A stretch of 64,000 bases of DNA from Candidatus Binatia bacterium (GTDB lineage: Bacteria; Eisenbacteria; RBG-16-71-46; SZUA-252): the NCBI GenBank assembly GCA_035631035.1, contig DASQJL010000096.1, positions 1,234 to 65,233 on the forward strand, in the 5' to 3' direction. This document shows, piece after piece, positions 52,199 to 63,863 of the stretch (position 1 is the first letter of the stretch; each line of letters opens with the position of its first letter). Made by a program: the position numbers and the translations under genes. Under the pieces are notes generated by a model. It was not told where the DNA came from, ran no database searches, and saw only the letters and a list, made by a program, of their open reading frames with translations.

Positions 52199-53893
52199 TC
52201 AACGCGTCTGGAGGGAGCGCAGACCGCGGGCGGCGCCCTCCCACGCGATGCGCCCGTCGGTGCGGAACTGGTAGCGCGGATGGCGGCGCAGGAAGGAAAC
52301 CGCGGCCTCGTTCTGGAAGACCCCCGTGGGTTCTGCGGGACCCGCCTTCCGGAAGAGGGTATAGCCGGCGCCCCCTTCGTAGAGGAAGTCGATCGTGGCG
52401 ACCCGGTAGATGCGGTCGTCGTCGAGCGGATGGCCGTTCACGCGGATGTCCGACGCGTAGTCGCCGCTGATCGAGAACCGCACGCCGCTCACCTGGGCGA
52501 AGTCGCTCTTGCCCAGGCGCCGCGCCGCGAAATCCAGGAGCCGCCGGAGGTCGTCGCCGCGCATCGGCACGACGACGATCGTGTTGTCGAAGGGGAACGT
52601 GGAGTAGACGTCCGCCACGGTGACCGGCCCCCGCGGAATCGGAGCGCGGATCCCGCCCGTGTTCATGATGCCGACCTCGGCGCCCGCCGTCTCGCGAAGG
52701 ACCTCGGCCGCGAAGTTCCCGATCGCGGTCTCCACGTCGTCGCGCTGCGGGGTCGGCACCCGCACGCTCGATTCGTACACCGTGGCCCCCATCGCCACGG
52801 TCACCGAGTCGGCCACCGGCCGGAGGAGCGCCGCGATTGTGGAATCCTCGCCATCCTGGGGCCGCACCCGCAGGAGCTCGTAGGAGAACCCGGCGGGCCG
52901 CCCCTGGGCGAGGTAGAGGACGCTTCGTCCGACACGATCGCCCCAGGCCCCGGTCTGCACGATCGGCACGCCCGCGAGTCCGGGAGCCGTTCCGTTCCCG
53001 GCGAAGAGCGGCTCGTCGAGGCGCGTGTGGCTGTGCCCCCCCACGATGAGGTCGATGCCGGGGACGCGCCGCGCGAGCTCCTGGTCGGCGTCCACGCCGA
53101 GGTGCGTCAGGGCGATCACGTAGTCCGCCTGCCCGCGAAGGAGGGGCACGAACCATCGCGCGGCCTCGATCGGATCGGAGACGGCGACGCCCCGGTTGGC
53201 GCTGATGCGCACGATGTTGACGAGGCTCCCCGTGGTGAGGCCGAGGATCGCGATCCGCTTCCCGCGCCACGAGCGGATGAGGTAGGGCTTGGCCAGGAAC
53301 CGGAGCGACGCCGTGCTCGACACGGGCGCGCCCCCGATCCAGCGCGCGCCCCGGCGGACCTCGGGGGGCGGAGCGTCTCCCAGGCTCGACGCCCAGCTGC
53401 TGTCCGCCGCGGCGAACACGTTCGCGCTCAGGACCGGATACTCGGCGAGCGGGCGCAGGGCGAGCCACGCCGCGGGGCCGTCGTCGAGGTCGTGATTGCC
53501 GAGGGCGACCGCGTCGTAGCGCATTGCGGACATCGCGCGGGTGTCGGGGACGCCGCGGAACAGGTTATAGGCGGGCGTCCCCTGGACGATGTCGCCCGCG
53601 TCCAGCAGGAGCAGGTCCGGGTCGCGCATCCGCTCGCGCTCGATCAGCGCCGCGCGCGCGGCCGCTCCGCCGACCAGCGTCGCCTCGCTGCGATGGAAGG
53701 GGAGCAGATGGGAGTGCACGTCGTTCGAATGGAGCACGACGAGCGAGTCCGCGATGGGGCGCGGGGGGGATTCCGGCAAGGCCGCGCCCGGCGCTGCCGC
53801 GGCAATCAGGGCCGCGGCGGTCAGCGCAAACCCGAAAATTAAGCAGCGATACGGAGTTCCGGCTGCGGGCAAACGCCTCAAATGGCTTGACAC
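52199..53893 (-). CDS. bifunctional metallophosphatase / 5-prime-nucleotidase (UshA family), secreted
   Basis: Signal peptide; metallophosphatase motifs (HSNDVHSH, DAGD, GNHD, GGHSH) and a C-terminal 5-prime-nucleotidase domain. Confidence 0.9.
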   Translation of the reverse strand: MSSHLRRLPAAGTPYRCLIFGFALTAAALIAAAAPGAALPESPPRPIADSLVVLHSNDVHSHLLPFHRSEATLVGGAAARAALIERERMRDPDLLLLDAGDIVQGTPAYNLFRGVPDTRAMSAMRYDAVALGNHDLDDGPAAWLALRPLAEYPVLSANVFAAADSSWASSLGDAPPPEVRRGARWIGGAPVSSTASLRFLAKPYLIRSWRGKRIAILGLTTGSLVNIVRISANRGVAVSDPIEAARWFVPLLRGQADYVIALTHLGVDADQELARRVPGIDLIVGGHSHTRLDEPLFAGNGTAPGLAGVPIVQTGAWGDRVGRSVLYLAQGRPAGFSYELLRVRPQDGEDSTIAALLRPVADSVTVAMGATVYESSVRVPTPQRDDVETAIGNFAAEVLRETAGAEVGIMNTGGIRAPIPRGPVTVADVYSTFPFDNTIVVVPMRGDDLRRLLDFAARRLGKSDFAQVSGVRFSISGDYASDIRVNGHPLDDDRIYRVATIDFLYEGGAGYTLFRKAGPAEPTGVFQNEAAVSFLRRHPRYQFRTDGRIAWEGAARGLRSLQTR

Positions 53894-53915
53894 AAGTCGC
53901 GCCTCTCCCTATAGT
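53887..53915 (+). promoter_or_regulatory. near-consensus sigma-70 promoter TTGACA-N17-TATAGT
   Basis: TTGACA at 53887-53892, 17-nt spacer, TATAGT at 53910-53915. Overlaps the divergent ushA-like start codon region. Confidence 0.5.
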
Positions 53916-53919
53916 TACA

Positions 53920-54078
53920 GTTGGCAAGGCTCAGTCGGTCCGTGCTCGGCGGAGTATCGGCAGCTACGAGTGACAATGCAGTCATCTCCCCAACTCCCGT
54001 CATGCTTCCGTACGCCAAAAGCCCACGGTTCCCGCAGGAGGCCCCCACGGTACTCACCCGGTGGGGGCGTTTTTGTTT
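53920..54078 (+). ncRNA. candidate small RNA or attenuator leader (about 160 nt) bracketed by promoter and intrinsic terminator
   Basis: Predicted TSS about 53920 and terminator at 54042-54078; no ORF in between. GC is lower than the flanks. Ends 32 nt before the zinc-ribbon gene ATG. Confidence 0.3.
54042..54078 (+). terminator. intrinsic terminator (CCCCCAC...GTGGGGG + TTTTTGTTT)
   Basis: 7-bp G/C stem (54042-54048 / 54061-54067), then CG, then a T-tract at 54070-54078. Confidence 0.6.
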
Positions 54079-54109
54079 CATCCAGCAGTGAGTGCGTCTC
54101 GGAGGCTTC

Positions 54110-54436
54110 ATGGCTGACGTGGACAAGGTAATCAAATGTCGCGACTGTGGTGAAGAGTTCGTCTTCACGGTTGGGGAGCAGAACTTCTACAAGGATCGTG
54201 GCTTTCAGCACGAACCCACGCGGTGCCGCCGCTGCCGGGACGAGAAGAAGCGCGCCTCCGGCGGTCCGGTATCGGCTGCCCCGGTGTCGAACGCGGCCCC
54301 TCGGGAGTTCCACGAGGCCGTCTGCTCGTCCTGCGGCCAGATGACGCAGGTTCCATTCCGTCCCACCCCGGGAAAGCCGGTATACTGCAGGGACTGCTTT
54401 CAGAACGTCCGGTCCACGCGAGGCATGAACGTCTAG
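54110..54436 (+). CDS. zinc-ribbon protein (two CxxC...CxxC pairs)
   Basis: GGAGG 4 nt before the [11 protein letters not shown]...RCRRCRD and CSSCGQ...YCRDCFQ Cys pairs. Immediately upstream of a csp gene. Confidence 0.7.
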   Translation: MADVDKVIKCRDCGEEFVFTVGEQNFYKDRGFQHEPTRCRRCRDEKKRASGGPVSAAPVSNAAPREFHEAVCSSCGQMTQVPFRPTPGKPVYCRDCFQNVRSTRGMNV

Positions 54437-54506
54437 GCGAACGACCTTTCACCCACGTCATACCCTCATCCCGATCGTTTTCACGCCGAAAGGAGGGGCC
54501 CCGAAC

Positions 54507-54719
54507 TTGAGACACCGCGGCTCAGTCAAGTGGTTCAGCGAGTCCAAGGGTTACGGGTTCATTCAGGAGGATTCGGGAGAAGAGTTCTTCGTCCATCATT
54601 CCGCGATCGTCGCCGACGGCTTCCGCACGCTGAACGAGGGAGAGGTCGTCGAGTTCGACCCGACGGAGGATCAGAACCGAGGCAAGCAGGCCACCAACGT
54701 GGTCCGCGTGCAGCACTAG
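54507..54719 (+). CDS. cold-shock protein (CspA family)
   Basis: AAGGAGG upstream of a TTG start. KGYGFI and FFVHH motifs. Confidence 0.9.
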   Translation: MRHRGSVKWFSESKGYGFIQEDSGEEFFVHHSAIVADGFRTLNEGEVVEFDPTEDQNRGKQATNVVRVQH

Positions 54720-54765
54720 AAGGCCGGCGGGGGAAGCCCCGCCGCACGACGACGATGGTCCAGGA

Positions 54766-54797
54766 CCCCGGCGCGCTCCCGCCGGGGTTCGTTTTTT
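54766..54797 (+). terminator. Rho-independent terminator after csp
   Basis: CCCCGGCG-CGCTC-CCGCCGGGG stem-loop followed by TTCGTTTTTTGG. Confidence 0.65.
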
Positions 54798-54859
54798 GGC
54801 GCGGATAGAGTAGAGTTTTCGGGTACCCCCAACCATCTCGCCGGAGGATTCGAAACCGA

Positions 54860-57625
54860 ATGCGCTTTGCTCCCATCGCCCTGACCACGGCTGCCGTCCT
54901 GATCGCGACCGCCGCCCTGGGACCCGCCGGTCCCGCCGTCGCCGCGCCGAACCTGATCCGCACCCTTCCCAACAAGATGACGGTCATCGTCCGGGAGAAC
55001 CGTTCGCGCCCGCTCGCCACGGTCCAGGTCTGGATCGACGCGGGAAGCCGCGACGAGACCCGCAGCGAGCGGGGGGCCGCCTCGGTGCTCTCGTATCTTC
55101 CGTACGAGGAGACCTCCGCCCGGAAGCGCGGCGAAGTCCACAAGGAAGCGGAGTCCTTCGGCGGCACCCTGGGAAGCGAGTCGGGCTACTCCAGCATCAT
55201 CTACAACATGACGGTGCCCGCGCGGTACCTGAGCCGGGCGGTCGATATCCTGAGCGACGCCGTCCTCCATCCCTCCTTCAACCAGTACACGCTGGAGCAG
55301 TCGGTGGCCAAGGCGCGCCGGGAGTCCCGCGGCGTCCTGAGCGCGGCCGGCGGCGTCAGCCTGAACACGCTCCGGGAGTCGCTCTACGGCGACACGCCTC
55401 CCGGGACGCCGCTCCATGCGCCCGAGCTGGAGGTGGCGGCGCTCACGCTCCCGATCGTCCAGCGCTACTACAAGGAGAACTTCGTCGCCGACAGGATCAC
55501 GGTGGTCGTGGTCGGCGACATCGAGGCCGAACCCGTGGCCGATCAGATCGCGGCGGCCTTCAAGGACGTGCCCACCGGCAAGTCGCGCCCGCACCCGCGC
55601 GTCGCCCCGCCCAAGGAGCTCAAGGATCCCATCGTGCGCTCGGTGCCCAACCCGCCCGACGCCGACGGCTCGGTCGTGGCCGCGGGATTCCGCGCACCGC
55701 TCTGGGGCACCGCCGACGCAACCGCGCTCGACGTCCTGCTCGCCGTGCTCGTCGACGCTCCCGGCTCGCGGCTCGAGCGCCGGCTGCGCGAGGGGGGCAA
55801 CGACTTCGGAGCGGCCGCGGCCCAGCGCTCGTTCGGACCCGATCCGGGGTCGGTGGCCCTGGTCCTCTCGGCAGACCCCGCGCGGATGCCCGATGCGGAG
55901 GGGATCCTGGTTCAGGAGATCGAGAAGATTCGCGCGCAGCCGGTCACGGCCGAGGAGTGCCAGGCCGCCATCCGCTCCATTCTCACGCGCGAGCTGATGT
56001 CGCGCTCGGAGCTCTGGGGACTGGGGCGCGCCACCGCGCTCGCCTATTACCAGGGGCGTCCCGGCGCCGACGAGGTGTACGCGCAGCGCGTGAGCGCGGT
56101 GCGGCCCGAGGACCTGTCCGGAGTCGCGCGCAAGTATCTCGACTGGAAGAACGGCGCCGTCGTCGAGATGATGTCTCGGCGCACGGCCGACAGCCTCGGC
56201 ATCGCCAAGGAGTTCCCGAAACGGTTCCAGGAGAAGCTCTCGCTGTACCAGGGCACCTACCGCAGCGGCCCGCTCGCCACGGCGAGCACCGATGAGGAGC
56301 GCCGCGCGCGCATCGACCAGCCGCTCGCTTCGATCTCCCGGGATCCCTTCGATGCGGGGCGCGGCCGCGTGGAGCGCGCCAGGCTCGCGGGCGGCATCCG
56401 GCTCCTGACCGGCCAGGACCGAAGCGCCCCCGGCGTGACGGTGGCGGTCTATCTGAACGGCGGCGTGCGCTGGGAGAACGACAAGAACAACGGCATCACC
56501 TCGCTCGTCCGCGAGACGCTCTTCAATACGAACGACCCCAAGCGGAACGGCCTCGCCTACCGGCAGTCGCTCTCCCTCCTGGGATCGTTCACGCCCTACC
56601 AGGATCGGGACATGTGGGGGGTCTCGCTCGCGGTGCCCTCGTCCGACTGGAAGGAAGCGCTCAACCGGATCGGCGCGATGATGTCCCACCCGGACCTGGA
56701 CTCGGTGACGGTGGATGCCACGCGGATCCTGCTCCTCACCGCCCTCGACAAGTGGATGGAAGACGACGCGGCCCAGCGGCAGCGGCTCATCTTCGCGACG
56801 AAGTACCAGGTGAGCGGCTACCGGCTTCCCGGCGTGGGGAACAAGGTGAACCTCATCTCGCTTCCGACGTCGGCGATCGCGGCCTATTACCGGAAGTTCG
56901 TGGTGAAGCCGAACCTGTTCGTCGCGGTCTTCGGCGACGTGAACCCCTCCGAGGTCGGTCCCGCGGTGGAGGAGGCGTTCCGCGACGTGAGCGCGGGACC
57001 CTTCAACCCGGGCGAGCCGCCCATGGATCTGCCGTTCCCCGGCTTCCGCGAGAAGTGGGAGCTGGGCGCGGGCTCGCTCACCACCATTCAGCTCGCCTTC
57101 AACGGCCCCCCGGCAAACAGCCCGGACATGCCCATTTTCTACGTCGTGAACTCGCTGCTCTCGGGACCGTACGGCTGGTTCCAGAAGTACGTCATGGCCG
57201 AGCCGACGGCGCAGAGCGCGAACTCGATCGTGGCGCAGGCGATCGACGAGTCTCCGATCATCGCCTCGCTCACCATCGGCGGCTCGGTGGAGGAGGAGGC
57301 GATGGTCAAGCTGCTCTTCCGGCAGTTCAAGAAGGTCGCCGGGATGGAGCTGATCGGCCCCGATCTGGATCAGGACCTCCGGAACGCGAAGACGCACGCC
57401 ATCGGCAGCTTCTACGGAACGTTCACGACGAATACGTCCCGCGCCTTCCAGTGGGCTCGCGCCGACCTGTTCGGGCTTCCGCCCGACGACCTGCTGGCGC
57501 TCCCCTCCAAGATGGACGCGGTGACTCCGGGCGATCTCCTGCGGGTCGGGACGCGCTACTTCCAGCGCGGAGACTGGGAGAAGGCGCCGTACGCCATCGC
57601 GGAGACGCGGCCCGGCGGCTGGTAG
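54860..57625 (+). CDS. two-module M16 family protein lacking the HxxEH zinc motif (predicted non-catalytic), secreted
   Basis: Signal peptide and M16 N/C-domain architecture duplicated. The position of HxxEH is occupied by SVLSY. Confidence 0.85.
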   Translation: MRFAPIALTTAAVLIATAALGPAGPAVAAPNLIRTLPNKMTVIVRENRSRPLATVQVWIDAGSRDETRSERGAASVLSYLPYEETSARKRGEVHKEAESFGGTLGSESGYSSIIYNMTVPARYLSRAVDILSDAVLHPSFNQYTLEQSVAKARRESRGVLSAAGGVSLNTLRESLYGDTPPGTPLHAPELEVAALTLPIVQRYYKENFVADRITVVVVGDIEAEPVADQIAAAFKDVPTGKSRPHPRVAPPKELKDPIVRSVPNPPDADGSVVAAGFRAPLWGTADATALDVLLAVLVDAPGSRLERRLREGGNDFGAAAAQRSFGPDPGSVALVLSADPARMPDAEGILVQEIEKIRAQPVTAEECQAAIRSILTRELMSRSELWGLGRATALAYYQGRPGADEVYAQRVSAVRPEDLSGVARKYLDWKNGAVVEMMSRRTADSLGIAKEFPKRFQEKLSLYQGTYRSGPLATASTDEERRARIDQPLASISRDPFDAGRGRVERARLAGGIRLLTGQDRSAPGVTVAVYLNGGVRWENDKNNGITSLVRETLFNTNDPKRNGLAYRQSLSLLGSFTPYQDRDMWGVSLAVPSSDWKEALNRIGAMMSHPDLDSVTVDATRILLLTALDKWMEDDAAQRQRLIFATKYQVSGYRLPGVGNKVNLISLPTSAIAAYYRKFVVKPNLFVAVFGDVNPSEVGPAVEEAFRDVSAGPFNPGEPPMDLPFPGFREKWELGAGSLTTIQLAFNGPPANSPDMPIFYVVNSLLSGPYGWFQKYVMAEPTAQSANSIVAQAIDESPIIASLTIGGSVEEEAMVKLLFRQFKKVAGMELIGPDLDQDLRNAKTHAIGSFYGTFTTNTSRAFQWARADLFGLPPDDLLALPSKMDAVTPGDLLRVGTRYFQRGDWEKAPYAIAETRPGGW

Positions 57626-57627
57626 GC

Positions 57628-58578
57628 TTGATCCCACAGCCTGTCGCCCTGATCGTCACGGTGCGAAACGAGGAGGCGTCGATCGACGCGCTCCTCGATT
57701 CGCTTCTGGGCGGATCGCGCCCTCCCGACGAGATCGTCGTCGCCGACGGCGGCTCGACCGACCGGACCGTGGAGCGGCTCCGCGCTCGCGCGGCCTCGGA
57801 TCCCCGCGTGCGCTTCCTCGTGGCGCCGGGAAACCGCTCGGTGGGACGGAACGCCGCGGTCCGCGCCGCCCAGGCGTCGATCATCGCGTGCACCGACGCG
57901 GGCGTGCGGGTGGAGCCCGACTGGCTGGAGCGGATCACGGCGCCCTTCGCCGATCCCGGCGTCGACGTGGTCGCCGGCTTCTACCGCTCCGCCGGAGAGA
58001 CCTGGTTCGAGCGCGCCGCCGGCGTGGTCTCCGCGCCGCGCCTCGAGGAGGTGGACCGGGAGCGCTTCCTCCCCTCCACCCGCTCCGTCGCCTTCCGCCG
58101 CGCCGCGTGGGAGCGCGTTCACGGCTTCGACGAGCGCTGGGATCACAACGAGGACACCCCGTTCGCCCTCGCCCTGAAGCGGGACGGCTGCCGCTTCGCG
58201 TTCGCTCCCGATGCCGTCGTGCACTGGCGGCCGCGGGGCGACCTTCGGAGCTTCTGGCGCCAGCACCGGCGCTTCGGCTACGGCGACGGGGAGTCGGGCG
58301 TGCAGGGGTCGTTCTACGGTAGGATCGCCGCGAAGTACGTCCTGGCCCTGGCGTTGCTCGTGGCCGGGGCCTGGTTCCGCCCGGCGTGGTGGGCCCTGGG
58401 AGCGGGCGCGCTCCTGTTCGTGCTGGGGCAGGGCCATCGCGGGCGGGGTCGCCTGCCGGCGCCCGCCGCGCTCGTCCTCGTGCCCGCGCTCAAGACGGTG
58501 TACGACGCCGCCTATCTCTGGGGATACGCGCGCGGGATCGCGAGTCGTCGCGGCCCGGGCGCGATGAAGCCGGCGTAG
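57628..58578 (+). CDS. family 2 glycosyltransferase (GT2)
   Basis: N-terminal ALIVTVRNEE...DEIVVADGGSTD (GT-A DxD region). TTG start 2 nt after the M16-like stop; C-terminal TM segments. Confidence 0.75.
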   Translation: MIPQPVALIVTVRNEEASIDALLDSLLGGSRPPDEIVVADGGSTDRTVERLRARAASDPRVRFLVAPGNRSVGRNAAVRAAQASIIACTDAGVRVEPDWLERITAPFADPGVDVVAGFYRSAGETWFERAAGVVSAPRLEEVDRERFLPSTRSVAFRRAAWERVHGFDERWDHNEDTPFALALKRDGCRFAFAPDAVVHWRPRGDLRSFWRQHRRFGYGDGESGVQGSFYGRIAAKYVLALALLVAGAWFRPAWWALGAGALLFVLGQGHRGRGRLPAPAALVLVPALKTVYDAAYLWGYARGIASRRGPGAMKPA

Positions 58579-58608
58579 CGCGCCGCGGATCGAGGGGGAG
58601 GAACGCCC

Positions 58609-58962
58609 GTGTATGAACCTCGCCACAAGAAACCGATCTCCCGCCGGCAGTTCGCCTTGCGCGTTCTGCACAGCGCGGGGCTCGCGCTTCCCCTCGTGCT
58701 TCTCTCGCTGGCCGGCGGGATGGCGGGCTACATGCTGCTGGAGAAGCTCTCCTGGGCCGACGCCTTCCTGAACGCGGCGATGCTCCTCGGAGGGATGGGG
58801 CCGGTGGCACCGTTGCGCACCGAAGCGGGGAAGATCTTCGCGGGCGTCTACGCGCTCTACGCGGGACTCATCTTCCTCATCGCCGCAGGCCTCGTGCTCG
58901 CCCCCTTCTTCCATCGCGTGCTCCACCGCTTCCACTGGGAACAGGACCGGGGGCGGTCGTGA
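58609..58962 (+). CDS. small membrane protein (hypothetical)
   Basis: GGGGGAGG 7 nt before a GTG start; 2-3 TM spans. Confidence 0.5.
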   Translation: MYEPRHKKPISRRQFALRVLHSAGLALPLVLLSLAGGMAGYMLLEKLSWADAFLNAAMLLGGMGPVAPLRTEAGKIFAGVYALYAGLIFLIAAGLVLAPFFHRVLHRFHWEQDRGRS

Positions 58963-59513
58963 TGAGCGGCGGCACCGCGACCGGGGCGCCGGATCGCCTG
59001 GAGATCCCCATGGCGAAAGGCACGCTGGTGCGATTTTTCCTGACCTCCCTCCTGGCGGTCGCCGGATGCATCGCCATGCTGCTCCTGACCCAAAACCGTC
59101 CCTCGCTGACCCACTCCATCTTCCGGGTCGTCGCGTTCGTCGGGATCGTCTTCTTTGGGGTGACGGCTCTCTACGCGGGGAAGCGCCTCTTCGATCCGAC
59201 CCCGGGTCTGATCCTCGACCCGGAGGGGCTCGTGGATCATTCGAACGCCGTCGGCGCCGGGCGCGTCCGCTGGGCCGAGATCCGGGAGATCCGGGTCACC
59301 CAGTCCGTGCGGCAGCGTTTCCTGACCGTGATCGTGGACGATCCCGAACGTTTCCTCCGGCGCGGCAACGCCATGACGCGAAAAGTGGCGGCGGCGAATC
59401 ACCGGCTGGCGGGAAGCCCGATCAACATCACGGCGCGCACGCTCGCGATCCCTTTCGACGAGCTCGTCACCCGCACCTCCGAGTTCTATCGGCACTACGG
59501 AAAGCGGGCGTGA
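58962..59513 (+). CDS. membrane-anchored protein with bacterial-PH-like C-terminal domain (hypothetical)
   Basis: Two N-terminal TM helices, then a roughly 100-aa domain (GRVRWAEIREIRVTQSVRQRFLTVIVDD) resembling bPH_2. Confidence 0.55.
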   Translation: MSGGTATGAPDRLEIPMAKGTLVRFFLTSLLAVAGCIAMLLLTQNRPSLTHSIFRVVAFVGIVFFGVTALYAGKRLFDPTPGLILDPEGLVDHSNAVGAGRVRWAEIREIRVTQSVRQRFLTVIVDDPERFLRRGNAMTRKVAAANHRLAGSPINITARTLAIPFDELVTRTSEFYRHYGKRA

Positions 59514-59538
59514 CGGAGCCCGACCGGAGGCGGCGGCG

Positions 59539-59946
59539 ATGAGCGGGCCCGCCCCGCACGTCGACCGGATTCTGGAGACGGCGCTCTACGTCGAGGATCC
59601 GGACCGATCGGCGCGCTTCTATCAGGAGCTGTTTGGGTTCGAGGCGGTCTACGCGGGTCCCCGGCTCACGGCGCTCGCCGTGCCGGGACATCAGATCCTC
59701 CTCCTCTTCAAGAAGGGCGCGTCGTCCGGCCTCTCCAAGATCCCGCACGACGGATCGGGGGAGCTGCACGTCGCGTTCGCGATCGCGGCGCCATCGCTCG
59801 AGGCGTGGGAGGCGCGCCTGCACGAGAAGAAGATCCCGATCGTGGAGAAGACGGAGTGGGAGCGTGGAGGCACCAGCCTCTACTTCCGCGATCCCGACGG
59901 CCACCTGATCGAGCTGGCGACCCCGGGGCTCTGGACGAACTACTGA
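59539..59946 (+). CDS. VOC / glyoxalase-bleomycin resistance family protein
   Basis: Paired beta-alpha-beta-beta-beta modules with metal-binding H/E positions (HVAF...E...HLIEL). Confidence 0.8.
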   Translation: MSGPAPHVDRILETALYVEDPDRSARFYQELFGFEAVYAGPRLTALAVPGHQILLLFKKGASSGLSKIPHDGSGELHVAFAIAAPSLEAWEARLHEKKIPIVEKTEWERGGTSLYFRDPDGHLIELATPGLWTNY

Positions 59947-59971
59947 TCCTGTCCTGAGGCTTCGGGACCCG

Positions 59972-60769
59972 TCACGCCTCCTGCGTCGTGACTTCCTCGG
60001 GCTCGGGGGTCTCGTCGGGGCGGGGGTTGAAGATCGCGGCCAGCTCGCCCCGGAGCTGCCCCTCGTCCAGGTTCCACTTGAGCTCGCCCTTGTGCGCGAT
60101 CGAGATCGCGCCGGTCTCCTCGCTCACCACGATCACCGCGGCATCGGTCTCCTCGGCCAGGCCGAGGGCGGCCCGGTGGCGCGTGCCCAGGAGGGGCGAG
60201 AGCCCGCGCGTCTGGCTCAGCGGGAGGATGCAGCTCGCCGCGACGATGGCGTCGCCCCGGATCACGACGGCCCCGTCGTGCAGCGGCGAGTGGGGCGTGA
60301 AGATCGTCTCCAAGAGCTCGGCGCTCACCGAGGCGTCGATCTTGGTGCCGGTCTCCACGTAGTCGCGCAATCCCATGTCCCGCTCGAAAACGATGATCGC
60401 GCCCCGCCGCTCCTTCCCCATCTCCTCCACCGCCTTGATCGTCTCGGCGACCACGCCGTACTCCTCGACGCGGATGAGCGCCCGGACCAGGCGGTTCTGG
60501 CCGATGTGGGTGAGGAGCGCCCGCAGCTCGGGCTGGAAGAGGATCACGAAGAGGATCACCCAGACCGTCTTCAGGCTGCCGATGATCCAGTTGAGCGCGT
60601 TCAGGCGGAACCACTGCGCCACGATGGAGGCGAACACGATGATGATGAGCCCCACGAACATCTGCGACGCGCGCGTCCCCTTGATCATGATGAAGAGGCG
60701 ATAGAAGAGGAACGCGACGATCAGGACGTCGAGCGCGTCGACGAGGAACTGGGGCTTGAGATCGATCAT
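59972..60769 (-). CDS. cdaA: diadenylate cyclase CdaA (c-di-AMP synthase)
   Basis: N-terminal TM helices and a DAC domain with DGAVVIRGD...RHRAALG...VVSEETG motifs. Confidence 0.9.
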   Translation of the reverse strand: MIDLKPQFLVDALDVLIVAFLFYRLFIMIKGTRASQMFVGLIIIVFASIVAQWFRLNALNWIIGSLKTVWVILFVILFQPELRALLTHIGQNRLVRALIRVEEYGVVAETIKAVEEMGKERRGAIIVFERDMGLRDYVETGTKIDASVSAELLETIFTPHSPLHDGAVVIRGDAIVAASCILPLSQTRGLSPLLGTRHRAALGLAEETDAAVIVVSEETGAISIAHKGELKWNLDEGQLRGELAAIFNPRPDETPEPEEVTTQEA

Positions 60770-61707
60770 GATCGGGCTTCGGCCTGGATCGGCGCGTCTC
60801 CGGCGGGAGCCTCCTCCCGGAGGCGCGCCCTGGGATCGAGAATCGCTTCGGCGCTACGGATCGCGTCCACCGTCTCCCGGACGTCATGGGTGCGGACGAT
60901 CCGCGCCCCGAGCGCGAGCGCGGCCACCGTGGCGCCCAGCCCCGCGCCCAGCCGCTCCTCGATCGGGATGGAGCGGCCGGTGACGCGGCCGAGGAACGAT
61001 TTCCGCGATACACCGATGTACAGGGGCCGCCCGAGCGAGGTCAAGCTCGGAAGTCCCTGGAGCACGCGCAGGCTCTGCGGCGCGCGCTTCGAGAAGCCGA
61101 TCCCGGGGTCCAGCGCGATCCGCTCCTCCGTAATTCCCGCAGAAACGGCGGCCTTCATCTGGCGCTCCAGGAAGCGTCGCACGTCCAGGACCTCGTCCTC
61201 GTACGCGACCGGCTCGTGCATGCGGTCGGGGGCGCCCAGGGCGTGCATCAGCACGAGGCCGGCGCCCGCGGACGCCACGATACCGGCCAGCTCCGGCTGG
61301 GCGGTGAGCCCCGTCACGTCGTTCACGATGGCGGCCCCCTCGTCCAGCGCGCGGCGCGCCACCTCGGCGCTCCAGGTGTCCACCGACACCGGAAGACCCA
61401 GGCGGACCACCGCCGGAAGCACGGGGCGAAGCCGCGCCCATTCCTCCTCGGCGCCGATCGGCGGGTCGCCGCCGGGGCGGGTCGACTGCGCTCCGATGTC
61501 GATCGCGTCGGCGCCCTCGCCGGCCATCGCCTGGGCGCGCGCGAGGGCCCGCGCCGGATCGAGCCAGCGGCCGCCGTCGTAGAAGCTGTCGGGGGTGAGG
61601 TTGAGGATTCCGGCCACTCGGGCCCGCTCGCTGAGATTCCACGAGCCGGCCCGGTGGCGGAAGATCAGGGGTGCGTCGGAGGCGGGTCCGGTCTGGTTCC
61701 GCAGCAC
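60766..61707 (-). CDS. folP: dihydropteroate synthase
   Basis: GILNLTPDSFYDGG, DIGAQSTRPG and VNDV motifs. GTG start; ATGA-type overlap with cdaA. Confidence 0.9.
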   Translation of the reverse strand: MLRNQTGPASDAPLIFRHRAGSWNLSERARVAGILNLTPDSFYDGGRWLDPARALARAQAMAGEGADAIDIGAQSTRPGGDPPIGAEEEWARLRPVLPAVVRLGLPVSVDTWSAEVARRALDEGAAIVNDVTGLTAQPELAGIVASAGAGLVLMHALGAPDRMHEPVAYEDEVLDVRRFLERQMKAAVSAGITEERIALDPGIGFSKRAPQSLRVLQGLPSLTSLGRPLYIGVSRKSFLGRVTGRSIPIEERLGAGLGATVAALALGARIVRTHDVRETVDAIRSAEAILDPRARLREEAPAGDAPIQAEARS

Positions 61708-61711
61708 GTCA

Positions 61712-63817
<2,106 letters not shown>

Positions 63818-63863
63818 TCGGCTGGACTTCCTTTCCTGGAATCGGCAGGGTTGCCGGATGTCT

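Noticed and set aside
53921-54025. Partial resemblance of GGCAAGGC ... ACGCCAAAAGCC to c-di-GMP-I (GEMM) riboswitch motifs
   Set aside because: The two elements are about 95 nt apart instead of about 20, and the flanking helices do not fit. Kept only as a generic sRNA or leader candidate.
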